This document shows, piece by piece, positions 1-10,033 of a stretch of 64,000 nt of DNA. Each line of letters starts with the position of its first letter. Position 1 is the stretch's first letter. The notes under the pieces were generated by a model that was not told the DNA's origin, did not search any database, and saw only the letters and a program-made list of their open reading frames with translations. The stretch is from an uncultured Verrucomicrobiae bacterium (GTDB lineage Bacteria > Verrucomicrobiota > Verrucomicrobiia > Limisphaerales > Palsa-1400), in NCBI GenBank assembly GCA_963764165.1, contig CAVXRD010000002.1, positions 800,001-864,000 of the forward strand, read 5' to 3'. Position numbers and translations under genes: made by a program.

Positions 1-336
1 GAGGCCGAAAACAGCCAGAATCGGATCCTTGTCCAGTGTGAGGGCGAACGGCACCAGCATCAACGCAAAGAAGACGCCGTAGGCAGTTTGAAAAACCTGG
101 GCCGGGCCGTCGAAACGATGGAACAGCAGCATCAATCCCAGAAGCAGCGCGATGACGTCTTTGCCAAAGAACAGAAACTTTCCAGAGGATTGCCCAAGCA
201 ATTTGCGCAGCAGCCCCTCCAGTATGAGGAGGCCAACCAGAGCCCAAAGCAGCAAGCGAAGCCGCGAAATAAAAATCGCCGTTCGAGCGATATATTCCTT
301 TGACTCGAACCTCCTTTTTGCGGCGGCTAATGGCAT
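1..336 (-). CDS. Polytopic membrane protein, probable Wzy-like polysaccharide polymerase (N-terminal part; runs off the window)
   Basis: Not in the ORF track. Hand translation from ATG at 336 gives MPLAAAKRRFESKEYIARTAIFISRLRLLLWALVGLLILEGLLRKLLG...FFGKDVIALLLG..., open to base 1. Hydrophobic segments and an EG-x-LRK motif, at the end of the GT cluster. Confidence 0.6.
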   Translation of the reverse strand, partial: MPLAAAKRRFESKEYIARTAIFISRLRLLLWALVGLLILEGLLRKLLGQSSGKFLFFGKDVIALLLGLMLLFHRFDGPAQVFQTAYGVFFALMLVPFALTLDKDPILAVFGL

Positions 337-339
337 AAC

Positions 340-713
340 TCAAGTTACCGATTGGACAATACGCGCCCTCCGCGCGGTTGGGTGCGGCTCAAAAGCATGC
401 ACAACGCCCTCGCGGCTGCACCGCGCCGCCAGCAGGCTGCTGAAGCATCCAATGTTGGCGCCCACATCGAGCACCCTGGCCCCGGGCCAACCAATCGCCA
501 TGCCCATTCGCTCAAACCAATATCGAAAATGAGCTGATGGAATATCTCCCGGCCAATCGCTTCGGAGATTTCGACATTGATTTTCGCGCCCCACGGCAGA
601 GCGACGGTGGCCGCCTTTGCTTGCGGGGGAAAAATCTGCGCCGCCAACCGGCGCACAGCCGTCGTTGGCGAAAAGACGCAGCATGGTTTTATGATGCCTC
701 GAAGGGATTTCAC
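340..713 (-). pseudogene. FkbM-family methyltransferase, frameshifted and truncated
   Basis: The N-terminus (MKSLRG...WAWRLVGPG) is in one frame. The SAM-binding part (PGARVLDVGANIGCFS...VHAFEPHP) is in another after ~485. It stops at 340, so the C-terminal half is missing. Confidence 0.7.
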
Positions 714-716
714 TTC

Positions 717-1874
717 TTAATTTTTGGCGGAGGCGATTTTACGCATCGCTTCCATCAGCAGTTTTCCGCACCGTTCCCAGCCATTGAGTTCGAGCGCGCG
801 CGTCTTTGATGATTCGCTCATCCTTTGCCGAAGCGCGCGGTCATCGGAAAGTTGCTGAAGTTTCTCCGCGATAATGGCGTCGTCGCGAATGGGGACGATG
901 AACCCTTCCCTCCCGTCCGCGAATAAATCCCGCGCGCCCGTATTTTCCGTTGCCACCAGAGGCAAGCCGTAGGCGAGGGCCTCGCCCAATACGAGGCTCA
1001 ATCCTTCTTCGATGCTTGGCTGAGCAAAAACCGTCGCGCTCTGATAAAGCCGTGCCAATTCCTCTCCGCGCGCCACGCCGTGAAACCGAACACCTTCGGG
1101 AATTGATAAATCATCGAACCCCGTATTTTCCGTTTTGGGGCCGACCAGCAGCAATTCCTTTTTCGGCGCTTTCAACCGGGCGAACGCCTGAATGAGATAC
1201 CGCAAACCCTTGCGAAGGTGAATGGTGCCAACGTAGAGCACTCTAAAGACATCATCCCTGGGAACGGGATTCGTCCCGCTCGCTGGCAGCGTGAATCCAT
1301 AGGGAACAACATGAATTTGATCCTCGGAAAATCCGCGTTCGAGAAACGACTTTTTCACAAATTGCGACGGGCACAAAACCGCATCCGCCCGCTCATATTC
1401 CTGAACGCGCCGCCGCACTTCGCGCTGGTGGAAACCGGGTGGGGGCGCTTTCAGCCGTTCCGATTCCTCCACCAGCAACGCCTGCTGGGTGAGCACATGC
1501 GAGTTGACAGCTTCAACCACGCAACGCACGCCGTTTTGCTTCACCCGCTTTTCCGTCGCCAGCCCCGCGCCGCTGTAAAACAAAAAAATGTCCGATTCCA
1601 ATGCAGGTTTGATCGAACACCGGTCAATCCAGATTTTGCTCAAATAGGCGAGTTCGTCTGTGACAGATTTCGGAGCGCCGCGCATCAGGCCCGCAAGGTA
1701 AACATTTTGCAAGTGATCGGCCCGCTGGAGCTTTCCATCGAACTTGGACGCATCAAAGCGCGGGCTAAAGCGAGAAACGCCGCTGACAAACTTGTGCAAA
1801 CATCCCGCTTTCTGCATCGCCTCCGCAAAGGCCGCATGATGTGAGCGGTTGGGTGAATTGTAGGTAATGCGCAT
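717..1874 (-). CDS. Glycosyltransferase family 4
   Basis: LYVGTIHLRKG and PSIEEGLSLVLGEALAYGLP (E-x7-E) motifs. Confidence 0.92.
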   Translation of the reverse strand: MRITYNSPNRSHHAAFAEAMQKAGCLHKFVSGVSRFSPRFDASKFDGKLQRADHLQNVYLAGLMRGAPKSVTDELAYLSKIWIDRCSIKPALESDIFLFYSGAGLATEKRVKQNGVRCVVEAVNSHVLTQQALLVEESERLKAPPPGFHQREVRRRVQEYERADAVLCPSQFVKKSFLERGFSEDQIHVVPYGFTLPASGTNPVPRDDVFRVLYVGTIHLRKGLRYLIQAFARLKAPKKELLLVGPKTENTGFDDLSIPEGVRFHGVARGEELARLYQSATVFAQPSIEEGLSLVLGEALAYGLPLVATENTGARDLFADGREGFIVPIRDDAIIAEKLQQLSDDRALRQRMSESSKTRALELNGWERCGKLLMEAMRKIASAKN

Positions 1875-1913
1875 GTCGCGCCGGGCCGGACGATGATCGA
1901 ACTTTCGCCAACG

Positions 1914-3026
1914 CTACGAGGCGTAATTCAAATCTATGTGTTCCAGATTTGGATTGAACCACAACACGGCCTCGCCAACCGTCGAGGTGCATTTCATGAA
2001 ATACTGGCAGCGCGAGAGCAATTGGGCTTCAAGCAAAACATCCTTTCCGAGGCGATAGCCGTTCAAGCTCCCTTTCTGGAATACATTTCGATTCGTCTTT
2101 GACCGGACCGAATTGCAATGCACGACTTTCGCCCCATATCTCATTTTGAATTCATCAAGAAACTGCTCCTGATCCGTGGCCACGAACACCTTCGCGCCGG
2201 AATGGGATTTCAGCATCGGATCGAGGCGCTTGAAGTAGTCTTCAGGGCCAATGATCTTCATCGCTTTGGGGTTCGCGACATTGGTTAATTTGTCGGTGCC
2301 CCGCAAATGCACTCCGACCACGTAAGCGCCCTTCATATGCCGGTCGTGGAAAATTTCGATCTCGTCCCGAAGGTGCTTCTTCAGCTTGATGTATTTGGTG
2401 ACAAGTTGATTGGCTTTGGCCCTTTGGGTCCGATACCACGCCGGATCGTACTCGGTCTTGTCAAAATAATATCCATAAGGGTAGGGGAATACGCTTTCAG
2501 GATCATCAAAGTGAAGATGCCTCAGCTCCTCGGGCGACAACTCAAACAGCATGTCACGCTTTACCGCCGAATTTGGATCTTTCAGCATCGCGTCAACATC
2601 GTCATAGGTCAGTCCCGCCACCGGCTCGAAATAATAGTCCCACATGTTGCGGCCAAAACGAGGATCGTAAAAGTCGTTCCTGCCCGGCCCCGACTTTTTG
2701 CCAAAATAAACCACGGGAAAATAATTGCGCCTCTCGCAGTAAGACAACTGATTCAAGGCAAATAGCACACACCCGAAGAAACCGATGTTGTAGCTCTGGA
2801 GCTTTAACAGCATCACTTTCTCGAATTGAGTGGGACGAAATTCCTCGATGCGCTTGCGCCGTGATTTGGCGCGCGCCCGGGCATCTTTCTTCACCCGGTA
2901 AACCTGCGCCATCGTCTGAGGTTTTAGTGTGTCTCCGACGAACGAAGCCACCGTCAGCAACTCGGCTTTGATTTTGCCAGCGGCGATGACGGCCGCAGGA
3001 AAGCGGCTCTTGAGAAATTGTTTCAC
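1914..3026 (-). CDS. NodZ/GT23-like fucosyltransferase
   Basis: VGVHLRGTDK, VFVATD and LLEAQLLSRCQY motifs, typical of GDP-fucose-binding motifs I-III. Confidence 0.75.
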   Translation of the reverse strand: MKQFLKSRFPAAVIAAGKIKAELLTVASFVGDTLKPQTMAQVYRVKKDARARAKSRRKRIEEFRPTQFEKVMLLKLQSYNIGFFGCVLFALNQLSYCERRNYFPVVYFGKKSGPGRNDFYDPRFGRNMWDYYFEPVAGLTYDDVDAMLKDPNSAVKRDMLFELSPEELRHLHFDDPESVFPYPYGYYFDKTEYDPAWYRTQRAKANQLVTKYIKLKKHLRDEIEIFHDRHMKGAYVVGVHLRGTDKLTNVANPKAMKIIGPEDYFKRLDPMLKSHSGAKVFVATDQEQFLDEFKMRYGAKVVHCNSVRSKTNRNVFQKGSLNGYRLGKDVLLEAQLLSRCQYFMKCTSTVGEAVLWFNPNLEHIDLNYAS

Positions 3027-3046
3027 TGGGATTGCCGATTCACTTT

Positions 3047-3163
3047 GAGCGCGGCTGTGCTCGAAGGAGCGAAGCGACGAAGAACCAGCGGCAGCGCGCT
3101 GGGATTAAACGGCGCGCCTCTCAGTTCCACGCGCTGCGGCTGGTCTTCGACACAGCCGCGCTC
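3047..3163. repeat. REP-like intergenic inverted repeat
   Basis: gagcgcggctgtg(c)tcgaag...accagcggcagcgcg (3047-3098) pairs with cgcgctgcggctggtcttcgacacagccgcgctc (3130-3163); the left arm has an insertion. Confidence 0.7.
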
Positions 3164-3226
3164 CGAATAACGGTCTCCATTCCTCACCCTCTTCCAATCA
3201 TACGCAGTCGTCTTGCGCCCGAAAAA

Positions 3227-4237
3227 TCAATAGCTGCGGCCCAACGGCTGCGCTATCTGCTTGTATTGAGCCAGAAATTTATCGCGCGCTTCGGTGTTGG
3301 AATCCTTGTCGCCCTGATAAAATCCGCCCCACATAAACTGGCCCTTTTTCACCGTGGCGTGCTCGTAAGTCCAATCGGTGAACTTGTAGACCTTGCTGCG
3401 AGGCAGGAAGACCTGCGCCGCGGCGGATTGGAAAATCAAATCGTTCCATCGGTATTTGAACCAGCCGCCGATGCGGTCGAAATGATTGACGAACGCCTGC
3501 ACATCGGGACGCCGCCAAAAACCGACGTTGGTGATGAAAAAATTGTTGTAATATCCCCAATACTCGTAATCGTAGTCGAGCCGGTAACGCTTTCCCTCCG
3601 GCTTCCACTTCATCAGCATTCGCTTGACACGATTTTTCATAAGGACCTTGAAACGGGCCGGGCGAATTTGCTCCTCGAAAAACCTTGATTGCAATTTTTC
3701 GGCAGTCATATAAGCGCGCACGGTTTCAACAAAGCCGCGCGCTGGATCATCGGCGTCGTAAATATCCACGCGGTAGCCGTATTCGTAGCCGTTCTTCTCC
3801 ATGAACTCGAACATGTTGTATTCAATCTTGCTGTGGATAAAGGAATCGTCGTCCATTCGGAAGAACCAATCGTAGCCAAGCGCGGGCATGATCTGCCAGA
3901 GCTGCACGGCGTAAAAACGGATCATGTTTCGGTGGCCCATGCCGAATTTGTTGCCCCATCCGTCAGACCAGATTTCCGGCACTTCCTCCTTGGGAAGAAA
4001 TGACGGGATCTCGAAATGAATTTCCTGAAACTTGATTTCTCTCCTGCCCTTGGCCACGGCTTGCTGGTCTTTCTCCTTAAAATCCCCCTCGTGAAAAATC
4101 AAGATGTCGTGCTTGAACTGGTTGTTGTAATTTCTGTAAAGCAGATCAAGGCTCCGGTCGAGAAGGGACCTGGAGTCGCGTCCGTATTGCAGGTCGGTTG
4201 GTGTGTTTTGCGCCAGATAGACGATGGCTGGTTTCAT
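3227..4237 (-). CDS. GT15 (Kre2/Mnt1-like alpha-1,2-mannosyltransferase) family protein
   Basis: HRNMIRFY, YDWFFRMDDDS, YNMFEFM...YGY, YYNNFFI and GGWFKYRWND motifs. Start set at MKPAIVYL (4237). Confidence 0.7.
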   Translation of the reverse strand: MKPAIVYLAQNTPTDLQYGRDSRSLLDRSLDLLYRNYNNQFKHDILIFHEGDFKEKDQQAVAKGRREIKFQEIHFEIPSFLPKEEVPEIWSDGWGNKFGMGHRNMIRFYAVQLWQIMPALGYDWFFRMDDDSFIHSKIEYNMFEFMEKNGYEYGYRVDIYDADDPARGFVETVRAYMTAEKLQSRFFEEQIRPARFKVLMKNRVKRMLMKWKPEGKRYRLDYDYEYWGYYNNFFITNVGFWRRPDVQAFVNHFDRIGGWFKYRWNDLIFQSAAAQVFLPRSKVYKFTDWTYEHATVKKGQFMWGGFYQGDKDSNTEARDKFLAQYKQIAQPLGRSY

Positions 4238-4297
4238 ATGGGGTTGGTGGATGTTGCTGGTGGAAGCCGCGTTTGGCGGCCATGTCGTTGACAAAAT

Positions 4298-5470
4298 TTA
4301 AGCAATGGCGCGGTGCTGAATGGTTTCCGTTTTACCTCGCATTGATTTCGTTCCCGGCAAAAAAGCTTCGGCAAATTTCTGGATGCCGTGTTTGGACAAA
4401 AATAAATCGACTTCATTCCAGTCCACTTTGGGACTCAAGGCTCGCTCGATCCGTTGCAAAAACTCAGCCGCATTTCTCCGCCGATGAATTTCCACCGCGC
4501 CGGACTTCAATAGCAGCGGATCAAACGCGCATGCGTCGGACGCGAGAATTTGGCGGCGGCAAATCATCGCTTCAAAAACCAGCCCACTGCTGCCGAGAAA
4601 AACTTCGTAAGGCAGCAGGATGATGCTGGCGCGTTTGAACAGCGTTTCCTTCGCCGCGTCGCTGATTCGCTCCAGCATCGGTTCTGCGATAATATGGGAT
4701 GGCAGCGCCGCGCAGAGATGCTTGACGCGCGCGGCGTTTTCACATTGCCCCGCGATAATGACGCGCAGGGGTTTCGGAAATTTCGCCAGCGCCTCCAGCG
4801 CCCAATATGTTCCCTTGCGCTCCGTATGGTATCCGAACAAAAGCACTGAAGGCGGATTTTGATCTGGCTTGGCCGGACCGGAATCAGGCACGAGCCATCG
4901 ATCGTACGGCTCGGGGCATTCCATCAACATTCGCCGCGCGCGGGGAAAAAGGCGGCAAAGGGGAAAGATCGTGTAAGCCGTTGGGCCGAGCACCATCAAC
5001 CCCTGCTCCGCAACATATCGGCGCGCGATGACCGCCCAAATCTGCCACTTGGCCCACGCTATATAATCATGGGCGGAACGGCGCTCATAAAGACAGGCGC
5101 GGGGAAAAAGGTTTCCGCGAATGACTCGCGAAAAAACATTTGGATAGCGCGCTTCAATCTTTCCAGAAAAGAATTCGCGCGCAAAACGTTCGATCTCCAT
5201 GAAGCAAATCGTTTTGATTTCTGGAAATTTTTGCAGCGCTTGATCGAGCCATCGCAAAACCAAATCGGCCTCTCCAGCTTCACCTTCAATGAGACACGTT
5301 TTTACATGGGACACGTCACCCGAATCCGCGGCGGCAAGTTCAAAGAGCTTCTCTGGCCCGAAAAACACAAATGGCCGCCCGGAAAGCATCAGCGCTTTCA
5401 GGTGCATCGGGACGCAGCCGATTGGCCAAAAGCCCGCCACGGCCGTGGAGTATGGAGCGTCGAGCAGCAT
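4298..5470 (-). CDS. Glycosyltransferase, GT-B fold (GT4-like)
   Basis: LLFGYHTERKG and LPYEVFLGSSGLVFEA motifs. ATG at 5470 overlaps the upstream stop (TAATG). Confidence 0.8.
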   Translation of the reverse strand: MLLDAPYSTAVAGFWPIGCVPMHLKALMLSGRPFVFFGPEKLFELAAADSGDVSHVKTCLIEGEAGEADLVLRWLDQALQKFPEIKTICFMEIERFAREFFSGKIEARYPNVFSRVIRGNLFPRACLYERRSAHDYIAWAKWQIWAVIARRYVAEQGLMVLGPTAYTIFPLCRLFPRARRMLMECPEPYDRWLVPDSGPAKPDQNPPSVLLFGYHTERKGTYWALEALAKFPKPLRVIIAGQCENAARVKHLCAALPSHIIAEPMLERISDAAKETLFKRASIILLPYEVFLGSSGLVFEAMICRRQILASDACAFDPLLLKSGAVEIHRRRNAAEFLQRIERALSPKVDWNEVDLFLSKHGIQKFAEAFLPGTKSMRGKTETIQHRAIA

Positions 5471-7683
5471 TAGTTTTTCGCGGGAATCAGGAGCGGGAAT
5501 TTTTCGGGCGAAAGGAAGATGTCTTGTTTGCGCTCGCTTGCGTCCAGGGCAGGCCCTTCGCCTAAAATGTAAAAGTGTCTCATGCGCAAGTAAGACGCCG
5601 CGGGCCACATGCTGGCATCCACATAACCGGAAGGGAAAATATCCACAAAGGTGGTTTCCGGGCGGCAGTAAATAATGTTCGCCATCGCCGCGCCGTGCGC
5701 TCCAACGACGCATTCAGCTTCCGAAAATACCGCGCGCTGCTGGGCCACGGTCAATTTGTCGGTCAATACTTTTTCAAAACCGCGAAGTTGAAGATAGCGA
5801 AAGGCTTCGTCCTCATTAATCCATCTCCGAAATGCCGTCGCTCCGCGACCAACAAAAAGCCGGCGCGCCGGCTTTCCACCATTGGGCGGCGCCAGGCCGT
5901 GGAGGAAACGGCACGTCCAATTGGAGACATGATATTGGCTCGGTTTCATTGAGGGCACCACCAATCGCCCGGCCTCGATATGGGTGCGAGCGCCGGTTTG
6001 AATCATTTTTTCCCGGGGAATGCCAGCCGCGGCCAAAGTCTCCATCTGGAATGACTGGCCAGTGTGATTGACAAGATAGAAATCAACTTTGTCGGGCGTG
6101 AATCCCGCTCTCTCCAGAAGGTGAAGGCGGGGCAAAAGATCAAAAGTCCAATGCCAATAATTATTGGCCGCCTCCGCAGTCGAGAGCACCGCCACCGTGC
6201 CTTTGATTGTTGCGCATCCCGGCAGCTTGACCACGGAACGAATGCGGTGATGCTTCAGGCCTAGCACGTCCGGGGAAACATCTGCCAAAAGCTTATCATC
6301 CGGCGATATGACGAACCCTCCGTAGCATCCCCAGAAGCGCGCGCCCGGCAGTTCAAATACCCGCGCGGGTGGAATCTCTTTGTGCTGTTCCTGTTTGAAC
6401 TTCCAATGGGCCTCTCCGCCTTCAAGCGGAACCGGCAGCGTGTATTCGATTTTCTCCGGGGGATATATTTCGCGCGCGCTGCTGCCACTGCTCTTGCCGG
6501 CCGGGGAATTTGCGAATTGATCCGCGGTTTCGTAATACCCTTTCGGCCTGCCAAAATATTTTGAGCTGACCGGAATTTTTGCGACGGGGAGAATGCGCAA
6601 AAAAGTTCGGTAAGCGCGAATCAATCCCCAAACCCAGCGAAATTGGGAACGGACTTTGTGATACCAGCGCTTCACTCCGATCTTAAACGAATGTTTCTTG
6701 ATCTCCTGCTCAAACGCATCGAGGTAACGGCGCGCCACCGCCGCCTTCTTGAACTTGCGCAGATGCTCCCCGCCATCGGCTGCGCCGTTGGTGGCGGCCA
6801 GCGCCGTTTTGAGGGCAGTAGCGAGTTCGCCCGCGTCGCCGCGTTTGAAAACAATGGCATTAGGCCCGGCGGCCTCAACCAACCCGCCGCTGTCGGCCAC
6901 AACCAAACGGCAGCCGCAGCCCAAGCCCTCCAGCGCCACAATGCCGAAAGGCTCCTGCCAGCGCGAAGGAACCACTTGAACCTTATGCTCGCGCAGCAAC
7001 ACCGCCATCTTTTCGGGCTTTTGATTTCCTGTGAACGTCACAAAATCCGATATGCCGAGCTTCGCCGCGGACTGCTCCAAACTCGCTTTGTCCGAGCCAT
7101 CCCCAACAACCGTCAACCTCGATTGGTCCCCCGCTTCGTGAATGTCTTTTAGCGCTGTCAATAATAAATCAACGCCCTTGTCGCTCACCAGCCGCCCAGC
7201 GAATATCAAGTCTTTGCGGTTTCGATGTTCATCCGCCGCGTGGAAAAGTTCGTCATCGTAGGGGTTGCCGATAATTTCCGAAGGCACCGGAAGCCTTTCC
7301 GCAATGGCGGCGCTCACCGCCAGATTTTTCGCGAATTTCAATGAGCGCCGCTTCAGCGTTCCCTGCCAGCGATTGTCTTCCGCCATCCAAACGTGGTGAG
7401 CCGCGACCCAAGGCCGCCGCACGAACAAAAGCGGCCATGCGAAATTAATGGAAACGTTGTTGTGGAAAACCACGTCAGCCCACAAATGCCATTTCAAAAG
7501 TTTCAACCCACCTGGCCGGCGGGCCACCTCGTATGAGAACGCATCCGCGCCCCTTGCCGCCTCCTGCGTGACCACCCGCACTTCGTGTCCGGCGCGAACG
7601 AATTCCTCCGCCATCAATCGCGCCACCGTTTCTATCCCTCCGACGCCGGGGGAAAAAACGTAGGATACGAAAAGAATTCTCAT
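5470..7683 (-). CDS. Fusion of a GT4 glycosyltransferase (N-terminal) and a GT61/DUF563 glycosyltransferase (C-terminal)
   Basis: N half: GRLVSDKG, EPFGIVALE. C half: NYWHWTFDLLPRL, VVGAHGAAMANIIY. Start MRILFVSY at 7683. Confidence 0.85.
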   Translation of the reverse strand: MRILFVSYVFSPGVGGIETVARLMAEEFVRAGHEVRVVTQEAARGADAFSYEVARRPGGLKLLKWHLWADVVFHNNVSINFAWPLLFVRRPWVAAHHVWMAEDNRWQGTLKRRSLKFAKNLAVSAAIAERLPVPSEIIGNPYDDELFHAADEHRNRKDLIFAGRLVSDKGVDLLLTALKDIHEAGDQSRLTVVGDGSDKASLEQSAAKLGISDFVTFTGNQKPEKMAVLLREHKVQVVPSRWQEPFGIVALEGLGCGCRLVVADSGGLVEAAGPNAIVFKRGDAGELATALKTALAATNGAADGGEHLRKFKKAAVARRYLDAFEQEIKKHSFKIGVKRWYHKVRSQFRWVWGLIRAYRTFLRILPVAKIPVSSKYFGRPKGYYETADQFANSPAGKSSGSSAREIYPPEKIEYTLPVPLEGGEAHWKFKQEQHKEIPPARVFELPGARFWGCYGGFVISPDDKLLADVSPDVLGLKHHRIRSVVKLPGCATIKGTVAVLSTAEAANNYWHWTFDLLPRLHLLERAGFTPDKVDFYLVNHTGQSFQMETLAAAGIPREKMIQTGARTHIEAGRLVVPSMKPSQYHVSNWTCRFLHGLAPPNGGKPARRLFVGRGATAFRRWINEDEAFRYLQLRGFEKVLTDKLTVAQQRAVFSEAECVVGAHGAAMANIIYCRPETTFVDIFPSGYVDASMWPAASYLRMRHFYILGEGPALDASERKQDIFLSPEKFPLLIPAKN

Positions 7684-8819
7684 GGCGCGGCCCGCTGAAG
7701 CGAGCGGCAAAATTCGGCGGCCACACTGGAGCGGCGTGATTCCGGGATGCTTCGCCGGGCCTGGACCAGCCGGCTCTCAAACTCCGAGTTAAGCGGAACA
7801 ATCCGCGGGTTTTCCGAAGGCGTCGCCTCCAGGCCGATACGAATCTCGTTTCGAGTCACTATGACGGGAAGTCCGTGCTCGAGCATGGCCGCCGCCGCGC
7901 CACTCTTGCCAAACAAGCGCCACGGCACCGTGGCCACGCCGAAATCCACCGCGTCCAAAAATTCGGAAATTTGACTTTCCGAGCGCTCTCCAAATCGCAG
8001 GACTTGAACCCGCCCGCGAAACCGTTCCTGCGCCTTGGCCAAAGCCAACTCGCCCGCGCCATGCCGTCCGATGGCGGCCAGGATGACTTTCTTATTCTTC
8101 TTGTCGGCAATGGGAAGCACCCGTTCCAGCAATTCAGTGGCGTCCCAAACCGGCGGGATGCCGCCAAAAACACCAAAAATCCAATACTGCCCTCGCGCCG
8201 ATTTGGCCACACCCGCTCCGGCCAGCTCCTGCTCCATCCATTTGCTGTCCCCATCGGAAATCTGGATGTTGCCGAACAGCGGCAATTCCGCAGCCGCGAT
8301 TTTTTCCCGCGCCAGCATGTGCCGGTAGGCGGCATTGGTGGTGTTGACGACGCGAGGCTTGACCACCCTGAGCCAGTCCAGAATATATTGCTTTTGCAAA
8401 CGGCCAATAATTCTGTCCTTTAGCGGCGATCCCTGGGCGGCGCCGATCCATAGTTCGTGGCACATGACATGGACCTTGCGCCCCTCGATCAGCGGCTGGC
8501 AAATGCGGGCAAATCCGCGCGCCAGCCCTTTTGGATGGATTCCATACGAAACAAATTGAAAACTCACCCATTCCGCTTTCATCGCGCCCAAAAATTTGGC
8601 CGTGATTTCGATCCGCGATTTCCAATCGGCTTTTTGCGGGAGGCGCAGCATGGGAAGCGGCGATTCGATCAATTTTTCTGTGTCAACAAATGAGTCGTTA
8701 ATCGCCACGATTCCGGCCTGGTGCCCCAGCGCCACGAGTTCCTCGGCGAGGCCGCGGCAGTAATCGCCGACGCCATCGCGCCCGGGTTCCAGGCAGGCGC
8801 AAAGAAACACACAATTCAC
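7680..8819 (-). CDS. Glycosyltransferase-like protein (GT-B)
   Basis: PGRDGVGDY N-terminal motif and KSGAAAAMLEHGLP; coupled to its neighbours. Confidence 0.75.
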   Translation of the reverse strand: MNCVFLCACLEPGRDGVGDYCRGLAEELVALGHQAGIVAINDSFVDTEKLIESPLPMLRLPQKADWKSRIEITAKFLGAMKAEWVSFQFVSYGIHPKGLARGFARICQPLIEGRKVHVMCHELWIGAAQGSPLKDRIIGRLQKQYILDWLRVVKPRVVNTTNAAYRHMLAREKIAAAELPLFGNIQISDGDSKWMEQELAGAGVAKSARGQYWIFGVFGGIPPVWDATELLERVLPIADKKNKKVILAAIGRHGAGELALAKAQERFRGRVQVLRFGERSESQISEFLDAVDFGVATVPWRLFGKSGAAAAMLEHGLPVIVTRNEIRIGLEATPSENPRIVPLNSEFESRLVQARRSIPESRRSSVAAEFCRSLQRAAP

Positions 8820-10033
8820 GGCGTGGAGTCGGCCATTTTATTTCGCCCAAGGCGTTCCAAGCCTTCGCGGTAGGCAGCCATCGTTTCCACGGCGATGTTC
8901 TTCCATCGGAATCGTCCCGCCACTGAAATGCATTCTTCGGAGACGCCGGCAAATTGCAACGGTGGCAGTTGCAGCAAATTCGCAACCGCGGCGGCGAATT
9001 TTTTGGCGTCGCCCGGGGGCGTTAACATTGTCTCGCTCATTCCGCGCAGCATCGTCCGCGGACCCGGCACGTCGTAGGCGGCCACGGGCATTCCCGAGGC
9101 CAGCATTTCAAGCACGCTGAAACCAAATCCCTCGATGTAGCTCGGCAGCGCGCCCGCCGTCGCGGAAGAAATGAGCGCGGGCAATTCGTCGCTGGCAAAC
9201 TTGGGAATGACTTCAATCCAATCGCACGCGGGCAATCCCAGATCACCGAGGACAGAATCGATGCTCACGCTGACTCCGAGAAATAAGAATTTCGCGCCGG
9301 GAACGCTTTCCTTCACTAGTCGAATAATGGCTCCCCAATCCAACGAGCCTTTCCGCCGGCTCCAGGCGCCAACGAACGCCACAGTTTTATTCGCCAGGCG
9401 CTGGTTCGCCGGTCGCCGCGCCGCCGCGAACGCCTCCATTCGCGCATCACTCAAGCCGCCGGGAATGGCGCGCGCTTTTTCGCCAAAACCGAGTTTCTCA
9501 TCGACGTATTGGCGTTCGTCCTCGTTCATCAGGGCAATCAAATCCGCGGCTTGAAAACTTCGCAGCGGAAAATCGCCGGTTCGGCGCTGCGAGAGTTTCC
9601 CGATGGCAAAATGGAACGAGGATTTCCAGTTGCGCGGCTGCGGCCATTTGCGCGCCGACTCCGCGTCAAACTCCGCGTAAAACGGCATCAGGCCAATCGA
9701 GCGCGCCACCAGCAGCCCATCAAAATTCATCTCGCGCTTGGTCACGGGCAAATTCGACTCCAGCGCATCAATGACATCGAAGCGTTTTGCGTTTTTTCTG
9801 ACAAATGCAACAGCGCGACTGCTAAAAAATTGCGGGCGAAATAATTCTGTAAAGCGGCTCAAGGGCTTTCCCGGGAAAGCGTCGAAGAAATCAAATTTTT
9901 CGACCTGATGGCCCATCGCTTTGAATTCTTCGGCCAGCTCCATTTGAATTCTCGCGCCTCCCAGCTCGCGGCGCCACGGCGCGTGGAGCAGCATGAGAAT
10001 CCGCAACGGGCGATCAAATTTATTTTCACTCAC
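8816..10033 (-). CDS. Glycosyltransferase family 4
   Basis: FVGAWSRRKG and PSYIEGFGFSVLEMLASGMP. Probable GTG start at 10033. Confidence 0.9.
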   Translation of the reverse strand: MSENKFDRPLRILMLLHAPWRRELGGARIQMELAEEFKAMGHQVEKFDFFDAFPGKPLSRFTELFRPQFFSSRAVAFVRKNAKRFDVIDALESNLPVTKREMNFDGLLVARSIGLMPFYAEFDAESARKWPQPRNWKSSFHFAIGKLSQRRTGDFPLRSFQAADLIALMNEDERQYVDEKLGFGEKARAIPGGLSDARMEAFAAARRPANQRLANKTVAFVGAWSRRKGSLDWGAIIRLVKESVPGAKFLFLGVSVSIDSVLGDLGLPACDWIEVIPKFASDELPALISSATAGALPSYIEGFGFSVLEMLASGMPVAAYDVPGPRTMLRGMSETMLTPPGDAKKFAAAVANLLQLPPLQFAGVSEECISVAGRFRWKNIAVETMAAYREGLERLGRNKMADSTP

